Positions 1 to 14,432 of a stretch of DNA of 54,745 nucleotides are shown piece by piece (position 1 is the first letter of the stretch; every line of letters begins with the position of its first letter). The position numbers were made by a program, and so were the translations under genes. The notes beneath the pieces were generated by a model. The model did no database searches, was not told the DNA's origin, and saw only the letters and a list, made by a program, of their open reading frames with translations. Location: positions 1 to 54,745 of the forward strand of contig JACRKZ010000070.1 in NCBI GenBank assembly GCA_016235455.1, in the 5' to 3' direction. This stretch comes from Armatimonadota bacterium. Lineage in GTDB: Bacteria; Armatimonadota; UBA10988.

Positions 1-53
1 ACTGGACGAACTCCTGGCCAAGCATCGCTGGACCAGGAGTTCGTGTCAACCAG

Positions 54-1808
54 CTAGTAGTCGAGTTGCGTGAGGCGCGGCAGGCGGCTCTGGCCATGGC
101 CGTTCGTGCCGGCCACCAGGCCCAGCAGATGCTCGCAACCCGAGGTCATGGCTTGTGCCTGGGCGGCCAGTTCCTCGGCCGCCGAGGCCGATTCCTCGGC
201 GCTGGCGGCAGTGTCCTGCGAGCTGGCGTCGACCCGGCCCATGGCGCCGCGGACCTGGGAGATGCTGTCCGACTGCTCGCGCGATGCCGACGATACGCGC
301 TCGACCAAGCCCATGACCTCCTGGGCGATGCGGGCGTTCTCTTCCAGAGCGGTGGTCACACCGTGGGTCCGTTGGCTGGTCTCGGCGACGCGACCGTTGG
401 CCTCCTCGATGAGGTCGGCGGTCTGCTTGGCGGCGCTGGCGCTGCGTTGGGCCAGGCTGCGCACCTCCTCGGCGACGACAGCGAAGCCCTTACCGGCATC
501 GCCAGCGCGGGCCGCTTCCACGGCGGCATTCAGCGCCAGCAGGTTGGTCTGGAAGGCGATCTCATCGATGGTGCGGATGATGCGCGCCGTCTCGCCGCTG
601 GCGGCCACGGCGGCTTCCAGGCTCGCGCGCATCTGCCCCAACCGGTCACCGATCTGGTCGAACGTGGCATTGGCGTCCTCGCGCAGGAGCCGGGAGACCT
701 TGGCCGTGTCCTCGGCGTTGCGCCCCGCCAGATGGCCCATGCTCTCCAGCGCCGCGGTGGTCTCCTGGACACTGGCCGCGAGGTCGGACGCGCCCGAGGC
801 GCCGCTGGTCGCGGCGTTGGCCACCTGGCCGGCGGCCGAGTTGACCTGGTCGGCGCTCTCCTGGAGCGTGGCCACCGTGCCCAGGATGCCCGCCGACAGC
901 TTGCCCGCCGCCCGCATGGCGATGCCGCCTACGAGCACGACAATGAAGCCCACGAGCATCAGCACCAGTCCGCGCAGAGCGTTCACGCCAGCCATGGCCT
1001 GGGCCATGGGGTACAGCCCGACCATGCGCCAGTCCGTGCCCTCCACGGTGGCGCAGCAGGCCAGTTGGCGGGCGCCGCCGTAGCTGACCGTCGCCTTGCC
1101 TTCCTTGCTCGTACCCATCGCCCGGCCGAGTTCGGTCTTGCTCAGGTCTTCACGCAGTACGGCATCCGCTTGGGGATGCAGGAAGACGAGGAACTCCGGC
1201 GTGGTCACCATGGCGAAGCCGGTGCGGCCGAACTTGACCGGCTGCAGCGTCCGCTCATAGAAGGTGACCAGGCGAGCATAGCCGCCGGTCACGCCGTACA
1301 GCTTGCCCTTGTAGGAGAGCGGCGCCATGAACAGAACACTCGGCGTGCCGTCGGGCCCGGGCACCACCTTGCCATGGCCGATCTCGCCGGCCAGGGCGCG
1401 CTTGAGCAGATCCTCGTCGCTGGGCCGCGTGCCCTCGAGGTCGGCGGCGGCGGTGCCGTCCACGACGATTGTCCCCGTCGGATCGGTGGCGAACATGCCG
1501 GCCCACACCCCGTCCTTCTGCCAGCCGGCGATGCGGTCGACCGCCGCCGGACGCACCTTGGCGTCCTGCACGGCATCGCGCAACACCTTGCTCTGACCGT
1601 AGTCGGTGGTGTTCGAGAGGCGCACAGCCATCCAGTCCGCCAGGCCGCGCGCGGCAACGCGCACGACCGCGGCCGTGCCTTCCTCCTGCAACGACGCAAG
1701 CGAGCGGGACGCCCCCCGGAACAGCACGACCGCAGTCACCAACAGCGCGAGCACCAGCGGCACCACGGACAGGACCACCAGTCGCGCTCTCAGGCTCTTG
1801 CCACGCAT
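54..1808 (-). CDS. Methyl-accepting chemotaxis protein with periplasmic dCache-like sensor
   Basis: Two TM helices flank a Cache-like region (GRTGFAMV...HP, W..VG). The signalling hairpin [23 protein letters not shown] is present. GGAGA RBS precedes ATG 1808; the ORF is open to 1823. Confidence 0.95.
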   Translation of the reverse strand: MRGKSLRARLVVLSVVPLVLALLVTAVVLFRGASRSLASLQEEGTAAVVRVAARGLADWMAVRLSNTTDYGQSKVLRDAVQDAKVRPAAVDRIAGWQKDGVWAGMFATDPTGTIVVDGTAAADLEGTRPSDEDLLKRALAGEIGHGKVVPGPDGTPSVLFMAPLSYKGKLYGVTGGYARLVTFYERTLQPVKFGRTGFAMVTTPEFLVFLHPQADAVLREDLSKTELGRAMGTSKEGKATVSYGGARQLACCATVEGTDWRMVGLYPMAQAMAGVNALRGLVLMLVGFIVVLVGGIAMRAAGKLSAGILGTVATLQESADQVNSAAGQVANAATSGASGASDLAASVQETTAALESMGHLAGRNAEDTAKVSRLLREDANATFDQIGDRLGQMRASLEAAVAASGETARIIRTIDEIAFQTNLLALNAAVEAARAGDAGKGFAVVAEEVRSLAQRSASAAKQTADLIEEANGRVAETSQRTHGVTTALEENARIAQEVMGLVERVSSASREQSDSISQVRGAMGRVDASSQDTAASAEESASAAEELAAQAQAMTSGCEHLLGLVAGTNGHGQSRLPRLTQLDY

Positions 1809-1978
1809 CTTGTTCTCCATCAACCAGCACGGTTGCTTCTAGGTCAACTCGACATAGCCTGTTCTAGCTGTAGGCACCTCAGACAGACTAAGTGACGCGT
1901 GTGCAACGTGCACGACAGATGTCGTGCCGGAGGACAACGTATAGCTGCGCTCAACACCGCTCTGGAGGCTGTCGCGCG

Positions 1979-3277
1979 ATGAACCAGCGACTTTTCTACG
2001 AACTTGGCGGTCACCGACCAATTGTTGGGGAAGTTGACGTCGCGGTGTGCGGCGGCGGCCCCGCTGGCCTGGCGACGGCTGTCGCCGCCGCTAGACTCGG
2101 TGTTCGGACCGTGCTGCTGGAGGGCCAGGGCTGTCTCGGCGGCATCTGGACCAGCGGGCTGTTGTCGTTCATCCTCGATAGCGCAAACAAGCACGGAGTG
2201 CTGACCGAGTTCCTGCATCGTGTGGACCGGCTCGACGGGACCCGGCCGCCGGCCTGGGGCGGCATCACCTGTGATCCCGAGGCAGTGAAGCTGGCCGCCG
2301 AGCAATGGTGCGCCGAACTCGGCGTTCGCGTGCGGCTGCACACCCGCGTGGTCGCCGCCTGTCGTGACGACAGCGACCGCGTCCTGCGCTACGCCATCAC
2401 CGAGAGCAAGTCGGGCCGCGAGGCCTGGAGCGCGAAGGTCTTCGTCGACTGCACCGGCGACGGCGATCTCGCCGCGCAGGCCGGCTGCGGCTTCGACCTG
2501 GGCCGGCCGGGCAGCGGACAGACTCAGCCGTTGAGCCTCATTGCCCTGCTGGGCGGCGTGCCTCGTGCCGCCATCGAACCGTTCCTGCACCAGGATGGCG
2601 CCGCCTGGCGCTCAGACTCAGTGGCGCTGTGTGCGCTGCTGGCCAGGCGCGGGCTGCAGCCAAGCTACGGTTCACCCATCCTGATCCCGATCCACGACGG
2701 GCTGTACCTGCTGATGGCCAACCACCAGTACGGCGTGTCCGGCACCGACGCGGACCAACTCACCGAGGCGACCGTGGCGGCCCGCGCCGAGCTGTGGCGC
2801 ATCGTCAATGCGCTGCGGGCATCGGGCGAACCTTGGGCTGGCCTGCGGCTCGTGGCGACCGCCAGTCACATCGGCGTGCGCGAGGGCCGACGGATCCACG
2901 GACGGTATCTGGTCACCGCGAACGACCTGGCGGTTGGCGCGCGCCACGCCGACGCTGTCTGCCGCGTCACCTTTCCAGTGGACATCCACCCCACCGACGG
3001 CACCAGTGGCGGCAGCTACAGCAGTGAAGGGCTGGCGGCGCAGCCTTACGACATCCCGCTGCGCGCGCTGCTCGCCGCCGATGTGGACGGTCTGGTGATG
3101 GCGGGCCGCTGCATCAGCGGGGACTTCGCGGCCCATGCCAGCTACCGCGTCACGGGCAACGCAGTGCAGATGGGCGAGGCGGCCGGGACACTGGCCGCAG
3201 TGGCGGCGGCGCGAGGCGTGCCGCCGCACGAGGTGCCGTTCAAGGCCCTTCCGGGACATGAGGGCTGGGCCGGCTAG
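1979..3277 (+). CDS. FAD-dependent oxidoreductase (FAD_oxidored / PF12831-like)
   Basis: Rossmann motif DVAVCGGGPAG, plus DCTGDGD, REGRR and PYDIP..L motifs. GGAGG RBS before ATG 1979. Confidence 0.88.
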   Translation: MNQRLFYELGGHRPIVGEVDVAVCGGGPAGLATAVAAARLGVRTVLLEGQGCLGGIWTSGLLSFILDSANKHGVLTEFLHRVDRLDGTRPPAWGGITCDPEAVKLAAEQWCAELGVRVRLHTRVVAACRDDSDRVLRYAITESKSGREAWSAKVFVDCTGDGDLAAQAGCGFDLGRPGSGQTQPLSLIALLGGVPRAAIEPFLHQDGAAWRSDSVALCALLARRGLQPSYGSPILIPIHDGLYLLMANHQYGVSGTDADQLTEATVAARAELWRIVNALRASGEPWAGLRLVATASHIGVREGRRIHGRYLVTANDLAVGARHADAVCRVTFPVDIHPTDGTSGGSYSSEGLAAQPYDIPLRALLAADVDGLVMAGRCISGDFAAHASYRVTGNAVQMGEAAGTLAAVAAARGVPPHEVPFKALPGHEGWAG

Positions 3278-4407
3278 CGGGACAGGACGCCCTGGTCGAG
3301 CGTGGCGAAGAACGAGTTCCACACCTCGCGGTCCTGGTCGAGGTCGCCGGCGACGCCCAGGCGCACGACCAGCATGTCCCATTCGGGCACGACGAAGAGC
3401 TTGTTCTGGTTCAGCCCCGCCCCACAGTAGGTGCGGGCCGGCGCGCCGGGCCAGGCGCACCAGGTGCCGTCGCCACCATTGACCCACCAACCGAAGCCGT
3501 ACACCCCACGGCCATCGAGGTAGGCTTGCCGCCGACTGGTCTGGTTCGGCGGCAATTGCAACGGCACCTGGTTTCCTGTCGCCTGCGCAACCCACTCGGC
3601 CGGCAGAACCTGACGCTCCCCCCAACGACCCGCACGCAACCACAGCAACCCAAGCCGGGCCACGTCGCGGGCGTCCAGATATAGATGCGAGGCGGCATCG
3701 TTCACCACCACGCCGCTCATGTCACAGTGAACGGTGTCCCAGGTCCAGTCGCGCAGCCCGATGGGCTCCGCGATGCGCCGGCGGAACAGGTCGGCCAACG
3801 GCTCGCCCGCGGCCAAGGTCAGCACGAATCCAAGCATGCGCTGTGCGTCATCGCTGTAGGCGAAGCGCGCGCCGGGCTCAAAGAGGGGTGTGGTGGGAGA
3901 CAGCGGCGTCAGGCTGCCATCGAGCGGGTCGTCGACGCCGTAGGTGCCACCCTCGCCATCGTAGCCCGAGGTCATGGTGGCCAGCTGGCGCACGGTCATC
4001 CGCGGATACAGTAGCTCCAGGCCATGCGCCAGGTCGGCCGCCTTGCGGTCCAGCGACAGCCGGTTGTCGGCGATGAGCAGGCCCAGCAGACTGGAACTCA
4101 CCGACTTGGTGATCGACCATACATTGTGCTTGCGGTCGACGCTGGGGCCCTGATGGATGACACGACCGTGGCGCACCACCATCAACTCCCGCGTGCCACC
4201 CACCTCGGCGAGTTGCTGGTCCAGCCGCTCGATGGCCACCTGCAGCACCAACGGGTCAATGCCCTCGGCCGCCGGCTCGCTCCGCTCCCAGTCCAGGCCG
4301 GGTGTGCTCTGGCGGACCGGCTCGCTGTCGCCGCTGGCATAGGCCGGCGCGACCAGCACAAGGCTGGCCAGCACGAACAGCAAGGCGGCATTCCGACGAC
4401 GATGCAT
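3274..4407 (-). CDS. Secreted serine hydrolase, class C beta-lactamase/esterase family
   Basis: Signal peptide MHRRRNAALLFVLASLVLVAPAYA; SxxK (SITK); L.TMTSG; PG.RFAYS; YGFGWW. Confidence 0.88.
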   Translation of the reverse strand: MHRRRNAALLFVLASLVLVAPAYASGDSEPVRQSTPGLDWERSEPAAEGIDPLVLQVAIERLDQQLAEVGGTRELMVVRHGRVIHQGPSVDRKHNVWSITKSVSSSLLGLLIADNRLSLDRKAADLAHGLELLYPRMTVRQLATMTSGYDGEGGTYGVDDPLDGSLTPLSPTTPLFEPGARFAYSDDAQRMLGFVLTLAAGEPLADLFRRRIAEPIGLRDWTWDTVHCDMSGVVVNDAASHLYLDARDVARLGLLWLRAGRWGERQVLPAEWVAQATGNQVPLQLPPNQTSRRQAYLDGRGVYGFGWWVNGGDGTWCAWPGAPARTYCGAGLNQNKLFVVPEWDMLVVRLGVAGDLDQDREVWNSFFATLDQGVLSR

Positions 4408-4545
4408 CCAGGCGTCCCAGGCGGTCCTACGGGTTGTACCCACAATGTGACCAAAACATGACCACAAACCTGGAAAAACTTCGCGCCCGACTCGGCGAGG
4501 GTTCGCGCACCCCGGCAACGAATAGCAGCGGGGGCGGAGAAGGTG

Positions 4546-6840
4546 ATGCGCGGACTGCTGTTGTTGGCTCTGGTTCTCACGGGCCTGGGGTCGTCGGCCG
4601 TGGCGGACGGGGCCACGAGCTACCTCGCGCCGGGCGATTGCCAGCTGCAGGGACTCATCGGCCGGCGCCTCACGGCCAACCAGCTCCAGCGGCTGTGCCG
4701 GGTGGATCAGGCAGGCCTGGTCGGCGGATACGAGCACCGGCCCGGATCGCATCCCTGGATCGGCGAGCACGTGGGCAAGTTCCTCCACGCCGCGAGCCTG
4801 AGCCTGCGCAACCACGACAACCCCGCCCTGCGCAAGATCGCCGCCAATCTGGCCGCGACCCTGATCGCCAGCCAGGAGGCCGACGGTTACCTGGGCACCT
4901 ACGCACCGGCCAAGCACTGGTCGATGGACGGTGACTGCGGATGGGATGTCTGGTCTCACAAGTACAACCTGCTGGGTCTGTTGGCCTGGCACGAACTGAC
5001 CGGCGACGAGGCGGCTCTGCGCTGCTGCCGCCGGGTCGGCGACCTGCTAGTCAAGACATTCGGCACCGCGCCGGGCCAGATCAACATCGACGAGCGAAGC
5101 ACCCACATGGGCATGGCCTCCGGCTCGGTCCTGGAGCCCATGGTAGCACTGTATCGCGCTACGCACGACCGGCGCTATCTCGATTGGTGCTACGCGCTGG
5201 TCAGGCAATGGGACGCCGACCCCAAGGGTCCGCTCCTGGTGGCCAGCCTGAGCGCCGGCAAGCCGCTCTATGAGACGGCCAATGGCAAAGCGTACGAGAT
5301 GATGAGCTGCCTCGTGGGTCTGGCCGACCTGGCCCAGGCCGCGCGCGACGAGGGACAGGGCGCGCTCGCCGCCAGCTGGGAGCAGGTTATCGATCATGCG
5401 TGGCAGGACATCACCACCAGGCGGCTCTACCTGACTGGCACCGTCAGCCATGGTGAGCACTTCCAGGCCGACGGTAGATTCCCCAACACGGGCCCGGTCG
5501 GCGAGACTTGCGCCACGGTCACCATGATGCAACTGGGGCTGCGTGTGTTCCGCCGCACCGGCGATGCACGCGTCATGGATGTGCTGGAGCGCGCCGTCTA
5601 CGGCCACCTGTTCGGCGCGCAGGACGCCGACAGCGGCAACTTCAGCTACTACACGCCGCTGGAGGGCACCAAGCCCTATACGCCCGGCATCAACTGCTGC
5701 GTGTCGAGCGGGCCGCGCGGCATCGCCCTCATCCCCACCTACGCCGCCTCGGTCGATGCCGATGGCGGAGTCCGGCTTAACCTCTACGCCCCAGGCACCT
5801 ACGCGCCGGCGGGCAGCGGTCTGCGCCTCAAGATCGAGACTCGCTGGCCCTATGAGGGCAAGATCGCGGTCACCGTGCTGGCCGCGCCTGACAAGCCCCT
5901 ACCCTTGCGGCTGCGCGTGCCGCAGAGCTGTGGCAGCGGCCGGCTGACCGTGGCCGGCCGGACCGATGATCTCAAGCCGGGCTACGCCGAGCAGAGGCGC
6001 GCCTGGCGCGCGGGCGACCGGCTCACCCTCGACCTCGCCTTGCCGCTGCGCGCCGTGATGGGCGACGGCCCCAACGCCGGCTGGATGGCGCTCACTCGCG
6101 GGCCGCTGGTGCTGGCGCTGGACTCGTCACGCCTGACCGACGGCCAAGGTCCGCTCACCGCACTGACCGTCACCGACGAGGCGGCTGAGAAGCTGCCGGT
6201 GAAGGTGCAGATGCGGGTGCCGGACGATGGCGACTACGCCTTCGGCGCCGAGTTCGTGGTGCCCGGCAGGCGACATGCCGAAGGCGATCAGACCGCGCTC
6301 GATCTCCACCTGCTGGACTTCGCCCACGTCGGCAAGGCGCCGTTCCGGGTCTGGTTCCGTAGGCCGAGCGCGCCGCCGGCCGGCACGGCGTTGGAGGCCT
6401 GGTCGCGTGACGGCAACGTCGACGGCAGCATCGTCGACGGTGACCCGCAGACCTTCCGGGTGACCTTCGACGGCGCCAAGCAGGCCGAGGACTTCTTCGA
6501 GGTCAGCTGGACAGCCGCCAAGACCATCGGACGCGTCGTGTTCGTGCAGGGCAAGGTGTTCCACGACGGCGGCTGGTTCGACACCAGCGCGGGCAGGCCG
6601 AAGATTCTTGTGCGCGAAACCCCTGGCGGGCCCTGGCGCCAGGTGGCCACACTGGACGCCTATCCCGCAGCCACCGCCGCCGATGCCAAGGGGCTGGAGC
6701 TGGGACAGCGGTTCGAGGCCAGGCTGCCCGGGCCGGTCAAGGTGGTGGCACTGCGTGTGGTGGGCCGGCCGGCGTGCGGCGACAACCCCGCCCAGTCGTT
6801 CTCATCGTGCGCGGAACTCGGAGCGATGGCACCCGAGTGA
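4546..6840 (+). CDS. Secreted glycoside hydrolase family 127 (beta-L-arabinofuranosidase-like) with C-terminal discoidin/CBM-like domain
   Basis: Signal peptide; Q.ADGYLG; KAYEMMS; GEHF; ETC and NCC motifs match the Zn/Cys catalytic centre of HypBA1-type GH127; RGPLVLA. Confidence 0.88.
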   Translation: MRGLLLLALVLTGLGSSAVADGATSYLAPGDCQLQGLIGRRLTANQLQRLCRVDQAGLVGGYEHRPGSHPWIGEHVGKFLHAASLSLRNHDNPALRKIAANLAATLIASQEADGYLGTYAPAKHWSMDGDCGWDVWSHKYNLLGLLAWHELTGDEAALRCCRRVGDLLVKTFGTAPGQINIDERSTHMGMASGSVLEPMVALYRATHDRRYLDWCYALVRQWDADPKGPLLVASLSAGKPLYETANGKAYEMMSCLVGLADLAQAARDEGQGALAASWEQVIDHAWQDITTRRLYLTGTVSHGEHFQADGRFPNTGPVGETCATVTMMQLGLRVFRRTGDARVMDVLERAVYGHLFGAQDADSGNFSYYTPLEGTKPYTPGINCCVSSGPRGIALIPTYAASVDADGGVRLNLYAPGTYAPAGSGLRLKIETRWPYEGKIAVTVLAAPDKPLPLRLRVPQSCGSGRLTVAGRTDDLKPGYAEQRRAWRAGDRLTLDLALPLRAVMGDGPNAGWMALTRGPLVLALDSSRLTDGQGPLTALTVTDEAAEKLPVKVQMRVPDDGDYAFGAEFVVPGRRHAEGDQTALDLHLLDFAHVGKAPFRVWFRRPSAPPAGTALEAWSRDGNVDGSIVDGDPQTFRVTFDGAKQAEDFFEVSWTAAKTIGRVVFVQGKVFHDGGWFDTSAGRPKILVRETPGGPWRQVATLDAYPAATAADAKGLELGQRFEARLPGPVKVVALRVVGRPACGDNPAQSFSSCAELGAMAPE

Positions 6841-7061
6841 ACCGCGCGGCGCAGGCAACGCCAGCCTGACCACCGGACCCGCCACAGCCAGTCCAGATCC
6901 AGGTGCAGCCGGCTGAGCTGGTGTCGGCCCAGGCCGATAAGCGCTTGGCCATCGGCCCACTCCAGATGCAGCCCGGTGCACGCCAGCATCACGCTGGCGA
7001 AGGCCGCACTGGCCGCCACGCTCGCTCGCTCCTTCAGCTTGTGGGTCTTGCTCGCCGGCAT
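6660..7061 (-). pseudogene. Probable internally deleted DUF4405-like paralog
   Basis: Strong RBS GGAGGAGGG before ATG 7061. The N-terminal TM with TGL and LIGLGRHQLSRLH resembles the neighbouring gene, but the second TM is missing and the ORF runs about 180 nt into the GH127 3' end. Confidence 0.4.
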
Positions 7062-7150
7062 AACCACCCTCCTCCGTCAGGGCTCTGCAGGTATGGAGGG
7101 TGGTCCACTCGGCCTGGTTACCTGGATGACAAGGCTGTCATCCACACCGG

Positions 7151-7543
7151 TCAGTCGTCGTGTGGGCGCTCGCCGCGCTCGCCGCCGCGAGCACCGGGCG
7201 GTGGGCCGGACGGCGCGGTGGCGATGGCGGTCGCGCCCACAACGATCACCAGCAGCAGGGCCAGCAGCCATTCGACGCGGGGTTTGGCTTCGCTGACGCG
7301 CTTCCTGACGTGCGCGGTCAGCGGACGCCAGTTGAGGCGGATGTGGTTGACCGCGAAGGCGATGAACAGGAGCGCCAGGAACCAGTGCAGGTTGCCCACC
7401 TGGCCTTTGGCCAGCGGCAGTTCGCCTTCTTCGGCAGCGTCCATCAGCAAACCGCTGATGGCCAGGCACGTGCCCGCAATGAAGGCGCCCGTCGCCGTGA
7501 AGGCGCGCCCGTTGAACCGTCTCACCACCTGTTGCTCTGCCAT
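7151..7543 (-). CDS. DUF4405-like small membrane protein (two-His, cytochrome b-like hairpin)
   Basis: Three TM segments with the pattern SGL...LH(x13)H..LNW; GGAGGAG RBS. Confidence 0.7.
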   Translation of the reverse strand: MAEQQVVRRFNGRAFTATGAFIAGTCLAISGLLMDAAEEGELPLAKGQVGNLHWFLALLFIAFAVNHIRLNWRPLTAHVRKRVSEAKPRVEWLLALLLVIVVGATAIATAPSGPPPGARGGERGERPHDD

Positions 7544-7622
7544 GTGTCTCCTCCAACGTCAGCGACACAACCCGCCAACGAGAACAAGGAGTCACAGCGC
7601 GATGCGATGGTTACAGGCCTGG

Positions 7623-7973
7623 CTACTGCGTGGTGCGACGCGCCGGCGGCTGGAACATGACTCGCCGCTCGCCGGGGAAGCCGTAGCCATAGGGGCGGGC
7701 CGCGGCGACGGTACCGGCGTCGGACTGGTAGTAGACGCGGGCGCGTTCGGCGGCCTGGAGCTCGCCGCGCACCGCGGACAGCCGCTGCAACTTGCTGCTC
7801 TCAACCTGCGCGGCGCCGAAGGTGCGGAAGCAGACGTCGTAGGTGCGCTGTACACCCTCGGTACAGCTCGCGAACAGCGCCAGCGCCACCAACCCCTTGA
7901 GGCAGCGCCGCCAACTGAGCCCGTCAAGCACGTATCCATGGTGGTATCGACGCGGTGTCCGCATGACGTCCAT
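7623..7973 (-). CDS. divIC: Septum formation initiator, FtsB/DivIC-like
   Basis: Single TM, then a coiled coil, then SD.G...AAR.YGY..PGE, the typical DivIC C-terminal motif. It lies directly downstream of eno, a widespread synteny. Confidence 0.65.
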   Translation of the reverse strand: MDVMRTPRRYHHGYVLDGLSWRRCLKGLVALALFASCTEGVQRTYDVCFRTFGAAQVESSKLQRLSAVRGELQAAERARVYYQSDAGTVAAARPYGYGFPGERRVMFQPPARRTTQ

Positions 7974-8038
7974 TCCTACTCATACTCTTGGAACGTCCAG
8001 CGGTCAGGTTGTTACGGGCTGGCCCCACCCAAATGGCA

Positions 8039-8075
8039 AGAGCCGCGACTCGTGACTGGCACGAGTCGCGGCTCT
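8039..8075 (-). terminator. Intrinsic terminator-like hairpin downstream of eno
   Basis: Perfect 16-bp inverted repeat AGAGCCGCGACTCGTG / CACGAGTCGCGGCTCT with a 5-nt loop; only a weak T tail on the minus strand. Confidence 0.65.
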
Positions 8076-8106
8076 CGGGTCAACGCGAGCCTGGGCTCGC
8101 GGCCAC

Positions 8107-12143
<4,037 letters not shown>

Positions 12144-12226
12144 CGGAGTGTACGGACTCCCTTCCGAACCTTCGGTCGCCCCACTGGCCGTAGCTGGCTG
12201 GCCACGGCTGCGAAGCGCCTACCGCC

Positions 12227-12475
12227 TCAACCCTCACACCTGTCATACAGGGTGATCTGTCGCTCCCGGCTGACGTTGCTCGTCGGCACCAGGAGAATCT
12301 GGACCCGCGTCGTTCCTCGCCCCAGGTCGAACTCGACCTGGTCTCCGGCTGAAACCTCCAGCGAGGCCCGCGCCAGCTTGCCGTTGACCAATACCTTGCC
12401 GGCGTCACACGCCTCATTGGCCACGGTGCGTCGTGGTATCAATCCCGATACCTTCAACCATTTGTCCAGGCGCAT
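12227..12475 (-). CDS. yabO: S4-domain RNA-binding protein, YabO/RqcP (Hsp15-like)
   Basis: MRLDKWLKVSGLIPRRTVANEACDAGKV..NGK; 82 aa; follows mazG as in Firmicutes. Confidence 0.9.
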   Translation of the reverse strand: MRLDKWLKVSGLIPRRTVANEACDAGKVLVNGKLARASLEVSAGDQVEFDLGRGTTRVQILLVPTSNVSRERQITLYDRCEG

Positions 12476-12496
12476 GACCGATCCCGCCTCATCGCT

Positions 12497-13282
12497 CTAC
12501 CCGACCGCGCGTTCGGCGGCCTTGGCCTGGTCCCATAGCGCGTCCTGCGCGCTCAAGTCGAGCTCGGCCAGCTTGTGCGGCCCACCGGCCTCGACCTCCA
12601 TGGCGCGGAAGCGCCGCTCGAATTTGGCGTTGGCGCCGCGCAACGCGTCCTCGGCGCTGAGACCCAGCGCCCGGCCGACATTGACGACGACGAACATCAG
12701 GTCGCCGAACTCGGCCTCGATCTCGGCCGGGTCGCCCGCGGCCACGGCCTCGTCGAGTTCGGCCAACTCCTCGGCCACCTTGGCCAGCCGGCCCGACTGG
12801 TCAGGCCAGTCGAAACCGATCTTGGCGGCTTTGCGTTGGAGTTCCCAGGCCCGCACCAGAGCCGGCAGACCCTTCGGTACGCCGTCCAGCGTGCTGGCCA
12901 GTGCCTGTCCGCCGCGCTCGGCCCGTTTGGCCTGTTCCCAAACGTCCAGGACCTGCTCAGCATGCTGCACGCCCTCGGTGTCGCCGAAGACATGCGGGTG
13001 GCGCCGTACCATCTTCTCACAGATTCGGTTGCAGACATCATCAATGTCGAACCGACCTGCTTCGGCGCCCAGTTGCGCGTGGAAGACGATCTGCAACAGC
13101 AGGTCGCCCAGCTCGTCGGCCAGATGGTCGAGGTCGCCCGCGTCCAGCTGCTCAAGGGCCTCGTAGGTCTCTTCCAGCAGGTAGCGGCGCAGACTCTGGT
13201 GGGTCTGCTCGCGGTCCCAGGGGCATCCCCCGGGACCGCGCAGCTTACCCAGGATGTCGACCAGGCGGTCGAACGACTCCAC
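12497..13282 (-). CDS. mazG: Nucleoside triphosphate pyrophosphohydrolase MazG
   Basis: GCPWDREQT, EETYE, ELGDLL.Q, RRHPHVFG, and a second EExxE / EFGD repeat. Confidence 0.97.
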   Translation of the reverse strand: MESFDRLVDILGKLRGPGGCPWDREQTHQSLRRYLLEETYEALEQLDAGDLDHLADELGDLLLQIVFHAQLGAEAGRFDIDDVCNRICEKMVRRHPHVFGDTEGVQHAEQVLDVWEQAKRAERGGQALASTLDGVPKGLPALVRAWELQRKAAKIGFDWPDQSGRLAKVAEELAELDEAVAAGDPAEIEAEFGDLMFVVVNVGRALGLSAEDALRGANAKFERRFRAMEVEAGGPHKLAELDLSAQDALWDQAKAAERAVG

Positions 13283-13284
13283 GA

Positions 13285-14376
13285 TCAGTTGCCCTTGCCG
13301 CCCTTGTCGGCCGGCGCGGGGGCCGGCGCCGGAGCGCCCTTGGCCGGCGCGGGCAGGTCGTCAGTGCGCGTCGGGCCAGTCATCTCGGGGGCCTTCTCAA
13401 TGTTCTTCTGCACGTCGCCCGGCACATTGGCCGGTGCGCCCGGGGCGCCGCCGCCAGCGCTGAACATGGCTTCCAGCGAGGACTTGAAGCGCTCCTCGAG
13501 GACCACCACCTGGGCGCCCTTGCCGCACTCGGCGAGCACCTGCTCAGGCTTCTTGCCGTTGAGCGCGATGAACTGCTCCTTGACTTCTTCCTTGATCTTG
13601 GCGAAGTCGGCCTTCTCCGCGGCGTGGCGCGCCGTGAGCTTGACCACAATGTAGCTGTTCTGGATCTTGATCGGCGTCTGGCAGACCTGGTTTTCCTTGA
13701 GCTTGGCCAGCGCCTCGGACAGCGGCTTGACCGCGGGCGGCAGCGTGGCCAGGTCGATCTCCTCAACCAGACCGCCATTCTCCTTGGTCTGTTCGTCCAG
13801 CGAGTACTTGGCGACCAGGCTCTGGAAGACTTCCTGGCTGCTGTTGGCCTCGGCGATGACCTTGGCGGCGACATCGGCCGACGGCACAACGATCTGGCGG
13901 AAGGAGACGCGCTCGGGCTTATCGAACAGCTTGGTGCGGTTCTCGTTGAAGAACGCCTGCAGCTTGCCGTCGCTCAGGTCCAGGCCCTTGGCGCGCAGCT
14001 TGAACACCGCGAGGTCGGTCTGCAACTGCGCCAGGATCGTCTTGTCGTCCTGGCCGGTGGCCTTCATGTAGTCGCGCAACTGCTTCTCGTCGCCCTTGAA
14101 GCGGTCGGCCTTGAGCTTGTCGAAGCGCGCCTGCACCTCCTTGGGGTCGGGCAGGCAGCCTTCGGCCTTGGCGCGTTCGAGCACCATCTTGTTCAAGATC
14201 ATGTCGCGCAGGACCTGCAGGCCGGCCTTCTGCTCAAGCTCCTTGTGGAAATCAGCCCGCGTGATGTCCTGGCCGTTGACCCGGGCCACAACGCTCGAGC
14301 AGCCATTGAGCCCCAAGATCAAGCCTGCCGCCAGCACCAACGCCGCGGCTCGTTCCCATCGCTTTCGCACGTTCAT
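13285..14376 (-). CDS. prsA: PrsA-like parvulin foldase lipoprotein
   Basis: Lipobox LNGC, VARVNG..IT, and a parvulin core (F..LVAKYSLD..TKENGG). Confidence 0.85.
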   Translation of the reverse strand: MNVRKRWERAAALVLAAGLILGLNGCSSVVARVNGQDITRADFHKELEQKAGLQVLRDMILNKMVLERAKAEGCLPDPKEVQARFDKLKADRFKGDEKQLRDYMKATGQDDKTILAQLQTDLAVFKLRAKGLDLSDGKLQAFFNENRTKLFDKPERVSFRQIVVPSADVAAKVIAEANSSQEVFQSLVAKYSLDEQTKENGGLVEEIDLATLPPAVKPLSEALAKLKENQVCQTPIKIQNSYIVVKLTARHAAEKADFAKIKEEVKEQFIALNGKKPEQVLAECGKGAQVVVLEERFKSSLEAMFSAGGGAPGAPANVPGDVQKNIEKAPEMTGPTRTDDLPAPAKGAPAPAPAPADKGGKGN

Positions 14377-14432
14377 GTCTCCTCGTTGGCCTCTGCCACT
14401 TCGGCCGGCCGGCCACCCGGGTGGCCCGGTCG

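Noticed and set aside
1-73. Possible 3' end of a plus-strand gene entering the window
   Set aside because: Only 23 codons visible with no recognisable motif.
7592-7939. Alternative 115-aa minus-strand ORF overlapping the divIC-like gene
   Set aside because: Low-complexity Ser/Pro/Arg translation with no motif; the other frame has a TM, a coiled coil and the DivIC-like motif.
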